A stretch of 64,000 nucleotides of DNA from an uncultured Gemmatimonadales bacterium (GCA_963798085.1 CAWCRS010000007.1:1440001-1504000), one strand, 5' to 3'; shown: positions 21,209 through 31,750, counted from the first letter of the stretch. Numbers and translations are program-made. Notes: generated from the letters alone by a model not told the origin.

Positions 21209-22963
21209 ATGCCCCGCCGCATTCACGTTCTGCACGACACGCTGGCGAACCAGATCGCTGCCGGTGAGGTGGTGGAGCGACCGGCATCCGTGATCAAGGA
21301 GCTCATCGAGAATGCGCTCGATGCAGCGGCGACGCGCATCGAGATCACGCTGCGCAACGGCGGCAAGACGGAAATGCGCGTAGCCGATGACGGCTGCGGT
21401 ATGGGTCGCGACGACGCTCTTCTGTGTTTCGATCGCCACGCCACCAGCAAGGTGTCGTCCGCCGATGATCTGCGCGGCCTGCGCACGCTCGGGTTCCGCG
21501 GTGAAGCATTGCCCGCGATTGCCTCGGTCAGCCGCGTGGCGCTGGAGACGGCGGAGCAGGGTGGTGTGGGGACGCGCGTGCGCGTCGCGGCAGGCCGCGT
21601 ACAGGGTGCCGACGACTGCGCGCGCCAGCGTGGCACCACCGTGACGGTGCGCAGTCTCTTCATGAATGTGCCCGCGCGCGCCCGCTTCATGCGCAGCACC
21701 GCGGTGGAGACGCGCTCCTGCGCGGATGTCGTGCAATCGCTGGCGCTGGCGCATCTCTCGACGGCGTTCCGTCTCGAATCGAACGGTCGGGTGCTGCTGG
21801 AGCTGCCCGCGGCGCCCGACCTGGCGTCGCGGGTGGCAGCGCTCTGGGGCGACGACACGGCCGGTCGCTTTCTGGCACTTTCGCACGCGCACGAGGGCAT
21901 GACGGTCGCGGGCCTGATCGAACGACCGGACGCCTCGCTCACCGGCCCGCGACGCGTGCACCTCTACGTCGATGGCCGTCCCTTCCGCGATCGCGAGCTG
22001 GTCTGGGCCGCCGAGCGCGCTTACCGCACCACGGTGCCCGAGGGCACGCGCCCGTCACTGCTGCTCTATCTCGGTGTGCCCGCCGGCGACGTGGACGTCA
22101 ATGTGCACCCGGCCAAGGCCGAGGTACGCTTCCGCGAGCGCTGGCGGGTGGAAGCGGCCATCGAGGCCGCCGTGCGCGCGGCGCTGGCGCGCGTGGAGAG
22201 CGCGGCCACACTGGATCGCGCGCCCACGCTGCCGCGCTGGCCGCAACTACAGCGTGTTAGTCCGCCCGCGCAGGGCTCGCCGCTGCCCGAGAACCAGCTC
22301 GCGTTCTTCGTGCCCGCCATGTCCCGTGCGCAGGCCAATGCGCAGCTCGATCCGCCGCGCGACGGAGCCGGAGCGGAAGCGTCGCCCGCAACCCGACTCT
22401 GGCAGATTCACGAAACCTACATTCTCGCCGAGACGCGCAGCGGCCTGCTGATCATCGACCAGCATTCGGCGCACGAGCGCGTGCTGTTCGAATCGCTGAT
22501 GCGCGCCTTCGGCAATGGCGGACAGAACAGTCAGCGTCTGCTGTTTCCCATCACGCTGCGGCTGGCGCCATCGGAATACAATGTGGTCGATTCGCTGCGC
22601 GCCATCTTCGAGCGCGTCGGCTTCGAGATCGAGCCGTTCGGCGGGCGAACCGTGATCGTGCACGCCGCGCCCGACCCGCACCCGTACTTCGATCCGGAAC
22701 GGTGCCTGCGCGAGATGATCGGCGAGCTGGCCGCGGGCAGCGACCTCACGCGCGCGGCGCACAACCAGCACGAGCGCATTGCCATGACGTTCGCGTGCAA
22801 GGCCGCGGTCAAGGCGGGGCAGACACTGTCGGCACGCGAGATCAGCGAGCTGTTCGAGCGGCTGTTCACCACCGAGCTGCCCTACCACGACGTGCACGGG
22901 CGACCCACCATCGTGAGACTCTCGCTCGACGAGCTGCAGCGGCGCTTCGGGCGCCACGGCTGA
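21209..22963 (+). CDS. mutL: DNA mismatch repair endonuclease MutL
   Basis: NQIAAGEVVERPAS, RHATSK, GFRGEAL, DVNVHPAK, DQHSAHER, ACKAA, HGRP. Confidence 0.97.
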   Translation: MPRRIHVLHDTLANQIAAGEVVERPASVIKELIENALDAAATRIEITLRNGGKTEMRVADDGCGMGRDDALLCFDRHATSKVSSADDLRGLRTLGFRGEALPAIASVSRVALETAEQGGVGTRVRVAAGRVQGADDCARQRGTTVTVRSLFMNVPARARFMRSTAVETRSCADVVQSLALAHLSTAFRLESNGRVLLELPAAPDLASRVAALWGDDTAGRFLALSHAHEGMTVAGLIERPDASLTGPRRVHLYVDGRPFRDRELVWAAERAYRTTVPEGTRPSLLLYLGVPAGDVDVNVHPAKAEVRFRERWRVEAAIEAAVRAALARVESAATLDRAPTLPRWPQLQRVSPPAQGSPLPENQLAFFVPAMSRAQANAQLDPPRDGAGAEASPATRLWQIHETYILAETRSGLLIIDQHSAHERVLFESLMRAFGNGGQNSQRLLFPITLRLAPSEYNVVDSLRAIFERVGFEIEPFGGRTVIVHAAPDPHPYFDPERCLREMIGELAAGSDLTRAAHNQHERIAMTFACKAAVKAGQTLSAREISELFERLFTTELPYHDVHGRPTIVRLSLDELQRRFGRHG

Positions 22964-22977
22964 GTCGCTCCGCCGTC

Positions 22978-23922
22978 ATGCTGCCGCGAACCGCCGACGC
23001 GCTGGTGATCACCGGGCCCACCGCGACGGGCAAGACTCGCCTGGCCATTGCCGTGGCGCGCACCCTGGGCGGCGAAGTGGTCTCGATGGACTCGCGCCAG
23101 ATCTATCGCGGCATGGACATTGGCACCGCCAAGCCCACCATTGCCGACCGACTGGGCGTGCCGCACCACGGCTTCGACGTGGTCACGCCCGACGAGCGCT
23201 ACAGTGCCGGCCGCTTCGCCCGCAATGCCACGGCCTGGATGGACGCGATCCGCAGACGCGGCCAGGTACCCATACTGGCAGGCGGCACCGGCTTCTACCT
23301 GCGGGCGCTCACCTCGCCGCTTTTCGTCGAGCCGGCCATGGATGCGGAACGCAGGCGGGCGCTGCGGGCTTTACTGGAAGGCCGGGACACGCAGACGCTG
23401 CGCGCCTGGGTGCACACGCTCGAGCCCCAGCTGGAGCTGGGGGAATGGGGTGGTGGCGGACGGCAGCGCCTGCTGCGCCGCATTGAAGTGGCACTGCTGA
23501 CGGGACGCACGCTGTCGTGGTGGCAGGCGCAGCGCCCGGCGCGACAGCCGATGACGGCAAAGGTTTTCGTGCTCGAGCTGCCGCGCGACGAACTGGTGCG
23601 CCGCATCGACGCGCGCGTGCTCGACATGGTGGGCCGGGGGCTGCAAGATGAGGTGCGCGGGCTGCTGACAGCGGGTTATGATGCGCACGACCCGGGCATG
23701 AACGCCACCGGCTATGCCGAGTTCGTGCCCTGCTTCACGGGCGAGCGATCGCGCGAGGAAGCCATCCGCCTGACGCAGGCGGCAACACGCCGTTATGCGC
23801 GCCGGCAACTCACGTGGTTCCGGCATCAGCTCGAGCCGGGCGCCATCCGGCTGGACGCGACCGGGCCGTTCGACATTCTCGCAGCACGCATCATCAACGA
23901 GTGGCAGGCAGACGAATGCTGA
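22978..23922 (+). CDS. miaA: tRNA dimethylallyltransferase
   Basis: GPTATGKT, DSRQIYRGMDIGTAKP, GGTGFY, TRRYARRQLTWF. Confidence 0.96.
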   Translation: MLPRTADALVITGPTATGKTRLAIAVARTLGGEVVSMDSRQIYRGMDIGTAKPTIADRLGVPHHGFDVVTPDERYSAGRFARNATAWMDAIRRRGQVPILAGGTGFYLRALTSPLFVEPAMDAERRRALRALLEGRDTQTLRAWVHTLEPQLELGEWGGGGRQRLLRRIEVALLTGRTLSWWQAQRPARQPMTAKVFVLELPRDELVRRIDARVLDMVGRGLQDEVRGLLTAGYDAHDPGMNATGYAEFVPCFTGERSREEAIRLTQAATRRYARRQLTWFRHQLEPGAIRLDATGPFDILAARIINEWQADEC

Positions 23923-25040
23923 AGATCGGCATCAGCTGTTATCCGGTGTACGGCGGCTCGGGCGTGGTCGCTACCGAGCTGGGCATCGAGCTGGCCCGGC
24001 GAGGCCACGAGGTGCATTTCATTACGTACGCGCAGCCTTTCCGGCTGCCCTACTTCGTGGACCGCATCTACTACCACGAAGTGGAAGTGCCCACCTACCC
24101 GCTGTTCGAGCATCCGCCCTACAACCTGGCGCTCTCCGTGTTCATCCATAATGTCACGGTGCAGCACGGGCTCGACCTGGTGCACGCGCACTACGCGGTG
24201 CCGCACGCCACCTCGGCGTGGCTGGCCAAGCAGATGCTCGGAAGACCCGATTTCCGCATTGTTACCACACTGCACGGCACGGACATCACGCTGATCGGCC
24301 AGGACCCGTCCTACCGGCCCATTACCCAGTTCTCCATTCGCCAGTCGGACGGGCTGACAGCCGTTTCCGAGTACCTGCGGCGCGAGACCATCGAGCACTT
24401 CAATGTGGCGCCCGAATCGATCCGCGTGATTCCCAATTTCGTCGACCTCGAGAAGTACAAGCGCAGCGCATACGCGTGTCTGCGCAGCAAGTTCTCGCTG
24501 GAAGGCGAGAAGATCGTCACGCACATCTCGAATTTCCGCTCCGTGAAGCGCGTGGAGGACGTGGTGGGCGTGTTCGCGCGCCTGGCGGCGCAGGTGCCGG
24601 CCCGTCTGCTGCTCGTCGGGGATGGCCCCGAGCGCGTGCGCGCACAGGAGCAGGCTCTGGCCTTCGACATTGTCGATCGCGTGCTGTTCCTGGGCAAACA
24701 GAACTCCGTTGCCGAGCTGCTCGCGTGCACCGACCTGTTCCTCCTGCCCAGCCACTCGGAAGCCTTCGGGCTGGTGGCGCTGGAAGCGCTGGCGTGTGGT
24801 GTGCCCGTGATCTCCAGCAACGTCGGAGGATTGCCGGAAGTGATGCCCCCGCCACCCGCGGGCCACATGCTGCCCGTGGGCAATGTGGCGGGCATGGCCG
24901 CTGCCGGGTTGCCGCTGCTTCAGGACGCGGAGCTGTGGGCGCAGGCCAGCGCACAGGCCAGACACGCGGCGGAACGCTTCAGCGCGGACACCATCGTTCC
25001 CATGTACGAGCGCTACTACGAAGAGGTACTGGCGACGTGA
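23916..25040 (+). CDS. bshA: N-acetyl-alpha-D-glucosaminyl L-malate synthase (GT4)
   Basis: KIGISCYPVYGGSGVVATELG, HAHYAVPHA, TTLHGTDIT, HISNFR.VKR, EAFGLVALEA. Confidence 0.9.
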   Translation: MLKIGISCYPVYGGSGVVATELGIELARRGHEVHFITYAQPFRLPYFVDRIYYHEVEVPTYPLFEHPPYNLALSVFIHNVTVQHGLDLVHAHYAVPHATSAWLAKQMLGRPDFRIVTTLHGTDITLIGQDPSYRPITQFSIRQSDGLTAVSEYLRRETIEHFNVAPESIRVIPNFVDLEKYKRSAYACLRSKFSLEGEKIVTHISNFRSVKRVEDVVGVFARLAAQVPARLLLVGDGPERVRAQEQALAFDIVDRVLFLGKQNSVAELLACTDLFLLPSHSEAFGLVALEALACGVPVISSNVGGLPEVMPPPPAGHMLPVGNVAGMAAAGLPLLQDAELWAQASAQARHAAERFSADTIVPMYERYYEEVLAT

Positions 25041-25927
25041 CGCAGCCTGCGGAGGGCGTGCGCCGCGCGCACGAGCTTTCCACGGTGGAAGATGAGGTCC
25101 TGCACCTCATCGATCTGGCGCTGGAAGAGGATCACGCAGCTTCCGACTGGACCAGCCGCTGGATCGTGCCGCCGCGGGCGCGCATCCGGGCGCGTGTCAC
25201 CGCGGGCGCAGCGGGTGTGGTCGCGGGACTCAACGCGTCGCTCGCCGCGTTCCTGCGCATGGATGGCCGCATCGAGACCAACCGGCTGGCGGAGGACGGT
25301 CAGCTCGTGGAGCCCGGCACGGTGCTCTACGAGGTGCGCGGTCCGGGCCGCGCGCTGCTGGGTGCCGAGCGCGTCGCGCTCAACTTCCTGCAGCACCTTT
25401 CCGGCATCGCCACCCTGACACGGCGTTATGTGGACGCGATCGCCGGCACCCCCGCCTGCATCCTGGATACGCGCAAGACGACGCCCGGCATGCGCTCTCT
25501 GGAGAAGGCTGCGGTGCGCGCGGGAGGGGCACGCAACCACCGGCGGGACCTGTCCGAAGCGGTGCTCATCAAGGACAATCACATCGTGGTCGCCGGCGGA
25601 CTCGGGGAAGCGCTGTCGCAGGTGAAGGACCACAACACGCGCGAACTGCCTGTTATCGTCGAGGTGGGTTCGCTGGAAGAGCTGGACATGGCGCTGCAGG
25701 CGGGTGTCGACCGCGTGCTGCTCGACAACATGAACGTCGACCAGATGCGCGAGGCCGTGCGCCAGGCGAAGCGCAGGCGGCCGCCGCCCGAGATCGAAGC
25801 GTCGGGCAACATGACGCTGGAACGCGTGCGCGCCGTGGCGGAGTGCGGCGTCGACTTCATCAGCGTGGGCGCGCTCACACACTCCGCTCCCGCCCTGGAC
25901 GTGTCGCTCGAAGTGCTGCGCGCGTGA
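25037..25927 (+). CDS. nadC: Nicotinate-nucleotide diphosphorylase (carboxylating)
   Basis: ERVALNFLQHLSGIAT, LDTRKTTPG, LIKDNH, LLDNM, ISVGALTHS. Confidence 0.96.
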   Translation: MTQPAEGVRRAHELSTVEDEVLHLIDLALEEDHAASDWTSRWIVPPRARIRARVTAGAAGVVAGLNASLAAFLRMDGRIETNRLAEDGQLVEPGTVLYEVRGPGRALLGAERVALNFLQHLSGIATLTRRYVDAIAGTPACILDTRKTTPGMRSLEKAAVRAGGARNHRRDLSEAVLIKDNHIVVAGGLGEALSQVKDHNTRELPVIVEVGSLEELDMALQAGVDRVLLDNMNVDQMREAVRQAKRRRPPPEIEASGNMTLERVRAVAECGVDFISVGALTHSAPALDVSLEVLRA

Positions 25928-26733
25928 CCGACGAACTTGCCCTGGACGCGTGGGAAACACAGCCCGTCGCGCACTGGCAGGCCGTCTGGCGCATTCCTGC
26001 GCTCTTCGCGTACGCTGCCGTAGCCTCCACCAACGACATCGCCATGCGCCTCGCCGGACAGGGTGCTGCGGCCGGCACGACCGTGCTCGCCGACCGCCAG
26101 ACCGCCGGCCGCGGCCGCGCGGGCAGGGAATGGCGCGACACGCCGGGCGGCAGTCTCCTGGTTTCCGTGATCCTCCGTGCAACCGCGATCACGGACTCCA
26201 GCATCATGCCGCTGCGCGTGGGGCTGGCGGCGGCGCAGGCCATCGAGAACGCGTGCGGCACGCGCGTTGGCATCAAGTGGCCCAACGATCTGATGCTGCC
26301 CGCGGGCGGCAAGGTGGGCGGCATCCTCTGTGAAGGCAGCGCGGGCGCGCACGGGACCATCGTCGTGGCCGGGATCGGCATCAACGTCCATCAGGAAGGC
26401 GACGACTTCGCTCCCGAGATCCGCGCGCACGCGACGTCCCTGCGCATGGCCGGCCGCGCGCCGGCCAGGTCTGCGCTGCTGGGTGCGCTGCTCGAGGAAC
26501 TGCGGCCCTTCACGGTAGCGGCGCCACCACTGGAGACGACCGCGCTCGCCGGCCTCGCGGCGCGCAATGTGCTGCGCGGCCGCACCATCACGGTGGACGG
26601 CGCCGTGGCGGGCCTCGCGGATGGTGTGGCGGCGGACGGCACGCTGCGCCTGCGCACCGGTGTAACAGTGCGTTATCTGCGCTCCGGCACCGTTCGCCTG
26701 GCCGGCGCAGCCCACCCCTCTGGCCTGACCTGA
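25924..26733 (+). CDS. birA: Biotin--protein ligase (no HTH domain)
   Basis: STND, QTAGRGRAGREW, IKWPNDL, KVGGILCE, GIGINV. Confidence 0.93.
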   Translation: MTDELALDAWETQPVAHWQAVWRIPALFAYAAVASTNDIAMRLAGQGAAAGTTVLADRQTAGRGRAGREWRDTPGGSLLVSVILRATAITDSSIMPLRVGLAAAQAIENACGTRVGIKWPNDLMLPAGGKVGGILCEGSAGAHGTIVVAGIGINVHQEGDDFAPEIRAHATSLRMAGRAPARSALLGALLEELRPFTVAAPPLETTALAGLAARNVLRGRTITVDGAVAGLADGVAADGTLRLRTGVTVRYLRSGTVRLAGAAHPSGLT

Positions 26734-26751
26734 CCGCAGGGAGGCGACGAT

Positions 26752-27543
26752 ATGATCCTGGCGATCAATGTGGGCAACACGGAAACCGTACTCGGTCTCT
26801 TCCACGAGCACGAACTGCTGGCGCACTGGCGCTACGCCACCGCTCCGGAACGGACCGTCGACGAGCTTGGCCTGCTCGTGCGCGGCCTGCTGCGCGAAGC
26901 GGGCTACAATGCCGGCGACACCGAAGCCGCCGTCATCGCGTCCGTTGTGCCGCCCGTGACGCCGGCGCTGGTGCAGATGTGCAGGCAGTACCTGAACGCC
27001 GATACGCTGGTCATCAATGCCACCATCCCGCTGCCCATCCAGCTGGCGGTGGATGAGCCGCTCACCGTCGGGGCGGACCGCATTGCGAACACGCTGGCCG
27101 CGTCCGTGCTCTACCAGCGCGATACCATCGCCGTCGACCTGGGCACCGCCACCACGTTCGACTGCATCTCCGCCGAAGGTGTTTTCCTGGGCGGCATCAT
27201 CAGCCCGGGCGTGCACACGGGCGCGGAGACGCTCGTACGACGGACCGCGAAACTGCCGCGCATCGATCTGGAGAAACCCGCCGCGGTGATCGGCAAACGC
27301 ACCGAGACCGCGTTGCGCAGCGGCATCTTCTACGGCGCGGTCGAGGCCATCAATGGCATCGTGCGGCGCATCCAGGAAGAGTGGGGACGCAAGGCATTCG
27401 TGGTCGCGACGGGCGGCCTGGCGCCGCTGATCGGTCCGCACTGCGTTACCGTCGATCACGTCGAAGCGCACCTCACGCTGTTCGGGCTGGAGCACGCGTG
27501 GCGCTACGTCAGCGACGCCGGCCAGCATCCGGAAATGGGCTGA
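26752..27543 (+). CDS. coaX: Type III pantothenate kinase
   Basis: LAI(N)VGNT, ASVVP, VGADR, VDLGTATTFD, GGIISPG, ATGG; follows birA. Confidence 0.93.
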   Translation: MILAINVGNTETVLGLFHEHELLAHWRYATAPERTVDELGLLVRGLLREAGYNAGDTEAAVIASVVPPVTPALVQMCRQYLNADTLVINATIPLPIQLAVDEPLTVGADRIANTLAASVLYQRDTIAVDLGTATTFDCISAEGVFLGGIISPGVHTGAETLVRRTAKLPRIDLEKPAAVIGKRTETALRSGIFYGAVEAINGIVRRIQEEWGRKAFVVATGGLAPLIGPHCVTVDHVEAHLTLFGLEHAWRYVSDAGQHPEMG

Positions 27544-27750
27544 GCCAGCGGGACCGGTGGCGAGGGCGGCAGGCGCGCGTCTGCTCAAGGTGGAATCCTA
27601 ACCACATGTTATCATGGCGCTGGTTGCGCGAGGCCTGCCCGGGCAGCACGAGTCGATCCAGCGACCACGCTGCAGGCCGATTGACTCCGGTACCTGACAC
27701 CGGATCGTCGCAACCATCGGGCACAGCTGACATGCAGTTGCGCGGTGCAT

Positions 27751-28950
27751 TCAGCGCCCGGCGCTGCTGATGCGACTCCACCACCGGCGCCACAACGGCG
27801 GAGCGCGCAGCGGCACCACCACGAGCGGGTCGCCAATGGCCACGAACGCGGCCCCACCTGCGTGCCGGCAGGTGCCTGCGCAACGCGTACAGCCTGGCGT
27901 CCCACAGCCCATCGATCACGGGCAGACCCCGCGCCAGCGCATCGTAGAACGCGGTCATGAACGGCGCCGCATCCCGGTCGCGGATGCGCCAGGCCGTGGC
28001 TACGAGCGAGCGTGCGCCCGCCTGCAGCAGTGGCGACGTGAGTCCCTGCACACCCTCACCGCCCACCTCCACACCGCGCGCGGCGCGACAGGCTGACAAA
28101 ACCACGAGGTCGGCATCGGGATGCAGCCGGGTCAGGTCGCCGGCGCTGACGAACCCGCTTTCGCCTTCGCCTGGCGCGAGCACCAGGGCCGTGCCGGCAA
28201 CCGACTGCTCATCCACCACGGCGTGTGTGCGGAAATGCAGGACGCCATAGGGGAGCAGGTCGGCGTGTTTCAGAAATGTCGCGCTGGCGGCAGAGCCAAT
28301 GTGCACATCGGCGGCAGGCGCGTATAGCGCCACCAGTGGGCCTCACGCGCCGCGCCCTGCAGGCGGGCCACGGCCCCAAACTCGTCGTTATCGCTATCGG
28401 ATCCGGCTGCGCCGTGACCCCTGGAACAGTTGGGTCAGACGATCCGGGGCCCGGGAAGCACTACTCTTGAGAGGAAACATGAGTTCCGACACGGAAAGCA
28501 CGGGACGCGGGCACCCGATGGCCCGGCGCCAGCAGGCGCAGGCTCGAGGCAGCCTGCGCGTGTGCGGGTCGCGCCCGCAATGTGGTCACCACCGCGGCGG
28601 AGGGGGCGATACTCAGGGCATAGCGTTCCACTGCGTACTGCCCGCTGGCCAGGCGCAGCGCATCGAAGGGCAGCCGGTGCAGCGGGCCATCGGGCACGAC
28701 GGTGATGCGGGTCACGCCTGCAGCCAGCAGCGTCAGCGCGGGGTCGAGCAGGCGGGAGCCGAGCCGGCGACCCAGCCTGGTCGCGTCGACGCCGCTCTCG
28801 ATGAGTCCAGCGAAGCGCGCGATGGCGGCGGCCAGCGAGTCGACCGGTCCCAGCCCGCGTGCCTGCACGCCGCTTTGCTGCACGACGAAGACCGTGATCG
28901 GCGCATCCTGCGCAGCCACGTATTCGAGCAGCGGTCCGTTCGTCCAGCAT
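27751..28950 (-). pseudogene. 5'-truncated, frameshifted CHAT-domain (caspase-like) protein
   Basis: VVPDGPLHRLPFDAL, APSAAV, LHF.THAVVDE, ADLVVLSAC, GEGVQGL, AGARS..ATAW and IGDP in several frames; no N-terminal TPR region. Confidence 0.75.
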
Positions 28951-28951
28951 A

Positions 28952-29167
28952 ACCTTCGCCTGGCACCCGGTGGCGGGAGCGCTCCTCTACACGCTGGAGG
29001 TGGATGCGGCGGACGGCACGGTGCGGTTCAGCGCGGCCACCACTGACACTGTGTTATCGGCGGCGCTGGACAGCGTGGCGCCGGGCGAGCAGCGCTGGTG
29101 GATCATCGCACAGATGGATGACGGCAGCCAGCGTCGCTCGACCATGAGGCCGCTGCGTCTGCGCTGA
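28952..29167 (+). pseudogene. C-terminal fragment of a small beta-rich (anti-sigma-like) protein
   Basis: TFAWHPVAGALLYTLEV...RWWIIA...RRS; abuts the truncated CHAT gene with no evident 5' part. Confidence 0.45.
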
Positions 29168-29229
29168 GTCCGCGCTGTGAACAATGGAGCGCAGCCGCAC
29201 AACAGAGCGGTCGCGGCCGGCATGCGGAC

Positions 29230-30532
29230 TCAGGCAGAACCCGCGGGCGGTGAAGCGGTGCCGCAGGCTGCGGCCCGGTCCAGCAGCAGCGAGCGCTCAC
29301 GCGAATTCTGCGTCATCGCGGCGGCGCGCTCGAACTCGGCCCGCGCCTCCAGCAGCCGTCCCAGCTTGAACAGGAGGTCGCCACGCACCGCGGGCAGGAG
29401 ATGGTATTTCCGCAGTGACGGCTCCGGCGCCAGCGCGTCGACCAGCTCGAGACCGGCCGCCGGTCCGAACGCCATCGCCACCGCTACCGCGCGGTTCAAT
29501 TCCACGATCGGTGATGGCGCCAGCTGCGCGAGTGCGTCATAGAGCGCCGCAATCCGTTCCCAGTCGGTCGCGTCCGGGTTGCGTGCGCGCGCGTGACAGG
29601 CGGCGATTGCGGCCTGCAGCGCGTATGGCCCCCGCGCGCCGCCCAGCTTCTCGGCGCGGGCCAGCGCGGCCAGACCCCGGCGCACCAGCAGCGGGTCCCA
29701 CAGTCCGCGATTCTGCGCCAGCAGCAGGATGGGTTCGCCGGACGGGCCGGTTCGTGCCCGCGCCCGCGACGCCTGAATCTCCATCAGCGAGACCAGCCCG
29801 TGCACCTCGGGCTCCTGCGGTACCAGTTCGGCCAGAATGCGGCCCAGCCGCAGCGCATCGTCGCAGAGAGCGGGTCGCATCCAGTCGTCGCCTGCTGTAG
29901 CGGAGTAGCCTTCGTTGAACACGAGATAGATCGCCTCCAGCACGGACGCGAGGCGCGCGGCCAGTTCGGCGCCGCGCGGCACCTCGAACGGTATCCTCGC
30001 CTCGGACAGCGTGCGTTTGGCGCGTACAATGCGCTGCGCGATCGTCGCCTCGGGGACGAGGAAGGCGCGCGCGATCTCGCTCGTCGTGAGACCACCCAGC
30101 AAACGCAGTGTCAGGGCCACCCTCGCCTCACGCGAAAGCACGGGGTGGCAGGAAATGAACATGAGGCGCAGCAGGTCATCGCCCACCTCGTCGTCCAGAG
30201 CGCGGTCGAGAGCCGGGACAGCGGATTCCTGCCGCGCTTCCAGTTCCCGGCCCAGTTCCTGATGCTTCGTCTCTAACATTCTGTTATGGCGCAGGCGATC
30301 GATGGCCCAATGTCTGGCCGTGGCCATGAGCCAGGCGCCCGGATTGTCCGGAATGCCGGACTCCGGCCAGCGCTGCAGTGCGATCAGCAGCGCGTCCTGC
30401 GCCAGATCCTCGGCCACGCCCACGTCACCCGCGATACGGGTGAGCCCGGCGATGAGCCGGGGCGACTCGAATGCGCCAGACGGCATCAATGGCCCGGTGC
30501 GCAGCCTGCGTGCGGACGCTGTCCGCCGTCAC
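29230..30532 (-). CDS. ECF42-type sigma factor with C-terminal extension, frameshift near 30470
   Basis: AIDAVWRI/ESPRLIAGL, AEDLAQDAL, DDLLRLMFISCHP, IAQRIVRAK, IYLVFNEGY, YALQAAIAACH; adjacent DGPF gene. Confidence 0.88.
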
Positions 30533-30754
30533 TGTCGCCGCATCATCTATTGCGTGAATTCCGGTGGCAGTCGAATGGCCGCGCCAGCGTGCGCGCGCGC
30601 GGCGGGTGCAGGCCGGCGGGCGCCATCAGCGCGGCAGCCGCGGGCGCCGGGCGCACCGTATAACACGGGATTACAGAGACACGCGGCGCCCGTGCGCGAC
30701 GGGGCAGCCCGGGCTGCGGCTGTCCAGGCGACGGCGCGGATGCCGCGCGTGCCG

Positions 30755-31171
30755 CTATTTCCTGAGGCTGGCATCCAGCTCACGAAAGCGATCAATGGCT
30801 GCACTGGGCTGGAAATCGTCGAGCTCATAGAGCTGCCGGATCTCGATCTGGCCATCGGCGTTGTCGCCGAAGGGGGCGGGGAAACGCTTGGCCCACTCCA
30901 GCGCTTCCTCGCGTGACTTCACTTGAATGAGCGTGTAGCCCGCGATCAGCTCCTTCGTCTCGGCGAAAGGCCCATCGATCAGCGTGCGCCTGCCGCCTGA
31001 ATAGCGAATGCGGGCGCCCCGGGCACTGGGCTGCAGCCCCAATGCGTCGAGCAGGACGCCGGCCTTCGCCAGCTCCTCGTGGTAGGCGGCCATGTCGGCA
31101 AACAGCTTGTCATCAGTGGGCACGCCCGCCTCGGCGTCCTTGTTCGACCTGACCATGATCATGAAGCGCAT
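30755..31171 (-). CDS. YciI/DGPF family protein
   Basis: DGPFAETKELIAGY signature. Confidence 0.93.
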   Translation of the reverse strand: MRFMIMVRSNKDAEAGVPTDDKLFADMAAYHEELAKAGVLLDALGLQPSARGARIRYSGGRRTLIDGPFAETKELIAGYTLIQVKSREEALEWAKRFPAPFGDNADGQIEIRQLYELDDFQPSAAIDRFRELDASLRK

Positions 31172-31245
31172 CGCTGCCTCCGGTTTGTGGCGGCTGGAGG
31201 ATGGCCGGTTTCTGGCCGTCCTCAGTGTCGTTTCTCACCCCATGC

Positions 31246-31272
31246 GTCGAGCGGGGGCGGGGAGAATCGACA
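31246..31272 (-). promoter_or_regulatory. ECF42-type promoter
   Basis: TGTCGA-N17-CGAC upstream of the DGPF-sigma operon. Confidence 0.65.
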
Positions 31273-31273
31273 C

Positions 31274-31461
31274 CCGGACCGTCTTGGCGTTCTTGGCTCG
31301 TGCGCCATCCTCGCATGGCGACCGGGCTGAGAGCATGCCGTTACCGCATTGCTTCGGGCCAGACGCCCATGCCAGGCGCGTCTTGGCATGCGGGCAGCCG
31401 CGAGGGGGGTGCCATGCCGATAGCATTGTGCGCCGAACCCACGAACGCCAAGACGGTCCGG
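31274..31461. repeat. MITE-like long inverted-repeat element
   Basis: Perfect 19-bp terminal IR CCGGACCGTCTTGGCGTTC/GAACGCCAAGACGGTCCGG, extending imperfectly to about 50 bp. Confidence 0.7.
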
Positions 31462-31685
31462 AAACTACGCTTTCCCTAAACCACTGTGCGTATGGCAGTT
31501 GCTTGCCTGCGGGGCTGCCTCTTCCCAGGCTCACCTTCACTTATGGCCCAATCTCACACGCCACTTCGAACACCGCATGCCCGTCCCGGAGATCACGGTC
31601 CCAGCCGCCGACGCGGCCGCCTGGATGCGGTGGCCCCCCTGGGCGCGCAAACTGGCGGGCGGAACGGCAGGCGGGCATGTGGCCC

Positions 31686-31713
31686 TTGACGCCGGGTTTG
31701 TGGGTGGTATCTT
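31686..31713 (+). promoter_or_regulatory. Sigma70 promoter of groESL
   Basis: TTGACG-N16-TATCTT with an extended -10 TG. Confidence 0.65.
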
Positions 31714-31723
31714 ACGGTGCTTA

Positions 31724-31750
31724 TTAGCACTCAATGTTTCTGAGTGCTAA
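31724..31750. promoter_or_regulatory. CIRCE element (HrcA operator)
   Basis: Perfect TTAGCACTC-N9-GAGTGCTAA upstream of groES. Confidence 0.97.
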
